Under the pieces are notes generated by a model. It was not told where the DNA came from, did no database searches, and saw only the letters and a list, made by a program, of their open reading frames with translations. Shown piece after piece: positions 59,028-59,928 of a stretch of 59,928 nucleotides of DNA (position 1 is the first letter of the stretch; each line of letters begins with the position of its first letter). This stretch comes from Chloroflexota bacterium (lineage in GTDB: Bacteria; Chloroflexota; Limnocylindria; Limnocylindrales; CSP1-4). The stretch lies in assembly GCA_003171065.1 (NCBI GenBank), contig PMXQ01000047.1, forward strand, positions 3,587 through 63,514, read 5' to 3'. The translations under genes and the position numbers were made by a program.

Positions 59028-59928
59028 CTACGCGAGGAACGACTTGCGGAGATCGTTGGCCGCGGACTCGAGCTCGGCGGCGGTGGCGTCGTCGAGGACC
59101 TTCGTGTCGGCGAGCTTTGCCATGGCCGCGCCGTGCTCGGTCTCGAGGAAGCGGTAGAACTGCTGCTCAAAGTCCTTGACACGCGGCGTGGGCACGTCGT
59201 CCAGGAGGCCTTTCGTGGCGATGTACAGGATCGCGACCTGCTTCTCCACGGGGACCGGCTGGTACTGGGGCTGCTTGATGACCTCCGACAGCTTCTCGCC
59301 GCGGGTCAGCTGGTCGCGCGTGGCCTTGTCCAAGTCCGACGCGAACTGGGCGAAGGCAGCGAGGGAGCGGTACTGGGCCAGGTCCAGCTTGAGCGGCGCC
59401 GCGACCTTCTTCATGGCTTTGGTTTGGGCCGCGGAGCCGACGCGAGAGACAGAGATGCCGATGTTGAGCGCGGGCCGCTGGCCAGCGTTGAAGAGGTCCG
59501 TCTCGAGGAAGATCTGGCCGTCGGTGATCGAGATAACGTTCGTGGGGATGTAGGCCGATACGTCGCCGGCCTGCGTTTCGATGAGCGGCAGGGCCGTCAG
59601 GGAACCGCCGCCGTTCTCGGCGCTCATGCGCGCGGCGCGCTCGAGCAGGCGGCTGTGGAGGTAGAAGACGTCGCCGGGATAGGCCTCGCGGCCGGGCGGG
59701 CGGCGAAGCAGCAGGGACATCTCGCGATATGCCCAGGCGTGCTTGGAGAGGTCGTCGTAGACGCACAGGGCGTCCTTGACGAGCTCGCCGTCGATCTCGA
59801 CGCCGACTTCCATGACCTCCTCGCCCATAGCGCAACCGGCGTATGGAGCGATGTACTGGAGAGCGGCCGGGAACTCGGCGCCGGCGCAGACGACGATGGT
59901 GTGCGCCATGGCCCCGTGCTGCTCCAGG
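59028..59928 (-). CDS. atpA: ATP synthase alpha subunit (5' part outside window)
   Basis: [21 protein letters not shown] motif. Confidence 0.97.
   Translation of the reverse strand, partial: LEQHGAMAHTIVVCAGAEFPAALQYIAPYAGCAMGEEVMEVGVEIDGELVKDALCVYDDLSKHAWAYREMSLLLRRPPGREAYPGDVFYLHSRLLERAARMSAENGGGSLTALPLIETQAGDVSAYIPTNVISITDGQIFLETDLFNAGQRPALNIGISVSRVGSAAQTKAMKKVAAPLKLDLAQYRSLAAFAQFASDLDKATRDQLTRGEKLSEVIKQPQYQPVPVEKQVAILYIATKGLLDDVPTPRVKDFEQQFYRFLETEHGAAMAKLADTKVLDDATAAELESAANDLRKSFLA

Overview
High-GC bacterial chromosome segment. Gene content and GAAC-N4-GTTC LexA boxes suggest a monoderm organism, probably Chloroflexota such as Limnocylindria (inference). From left to right it holds: an MFS transporter, a histidine phosphatase and an fchA-like/folD/fhs folate C1 operon; a LexA-boxed small gene next to dinB; an LLM oxidoreductase, an ABC exporter, rplI, lexA, dnaB, dodecin and a DUF3048-like protein. 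Next is an internally deleted IS1595-family element (IRs plus 8-bp TSD) carrying an ECF sigma/anti-sigma pair. The standout locus (19.8-26.8 kb) is a candidate undescribed peptide-signalling system: a MalT-like STAND/BTAD regulator, a 29-aa signal-peptide-like precursor (MRQRIVSILLVVGAGLLAAASGGASYRPF), a membrane HD-GYP phosphodiesterase, and a DUF5317-like domain with LspA-like Asp motifs fused to an MFS transporter. The rest comprises pcm, a surface-glycosylation cluster, a DegS/DegU-like system with a second degenerate kinase, a Tad/Flp pilus locus followed by comF and hpf, nfo, an XRE regulator, mreB-like, murA (Cys-to-Asp) and atpC/D/G/A. No rRNA, tRNA or CRISPR array was found. All family assignments come from motif recognition, not database searches.
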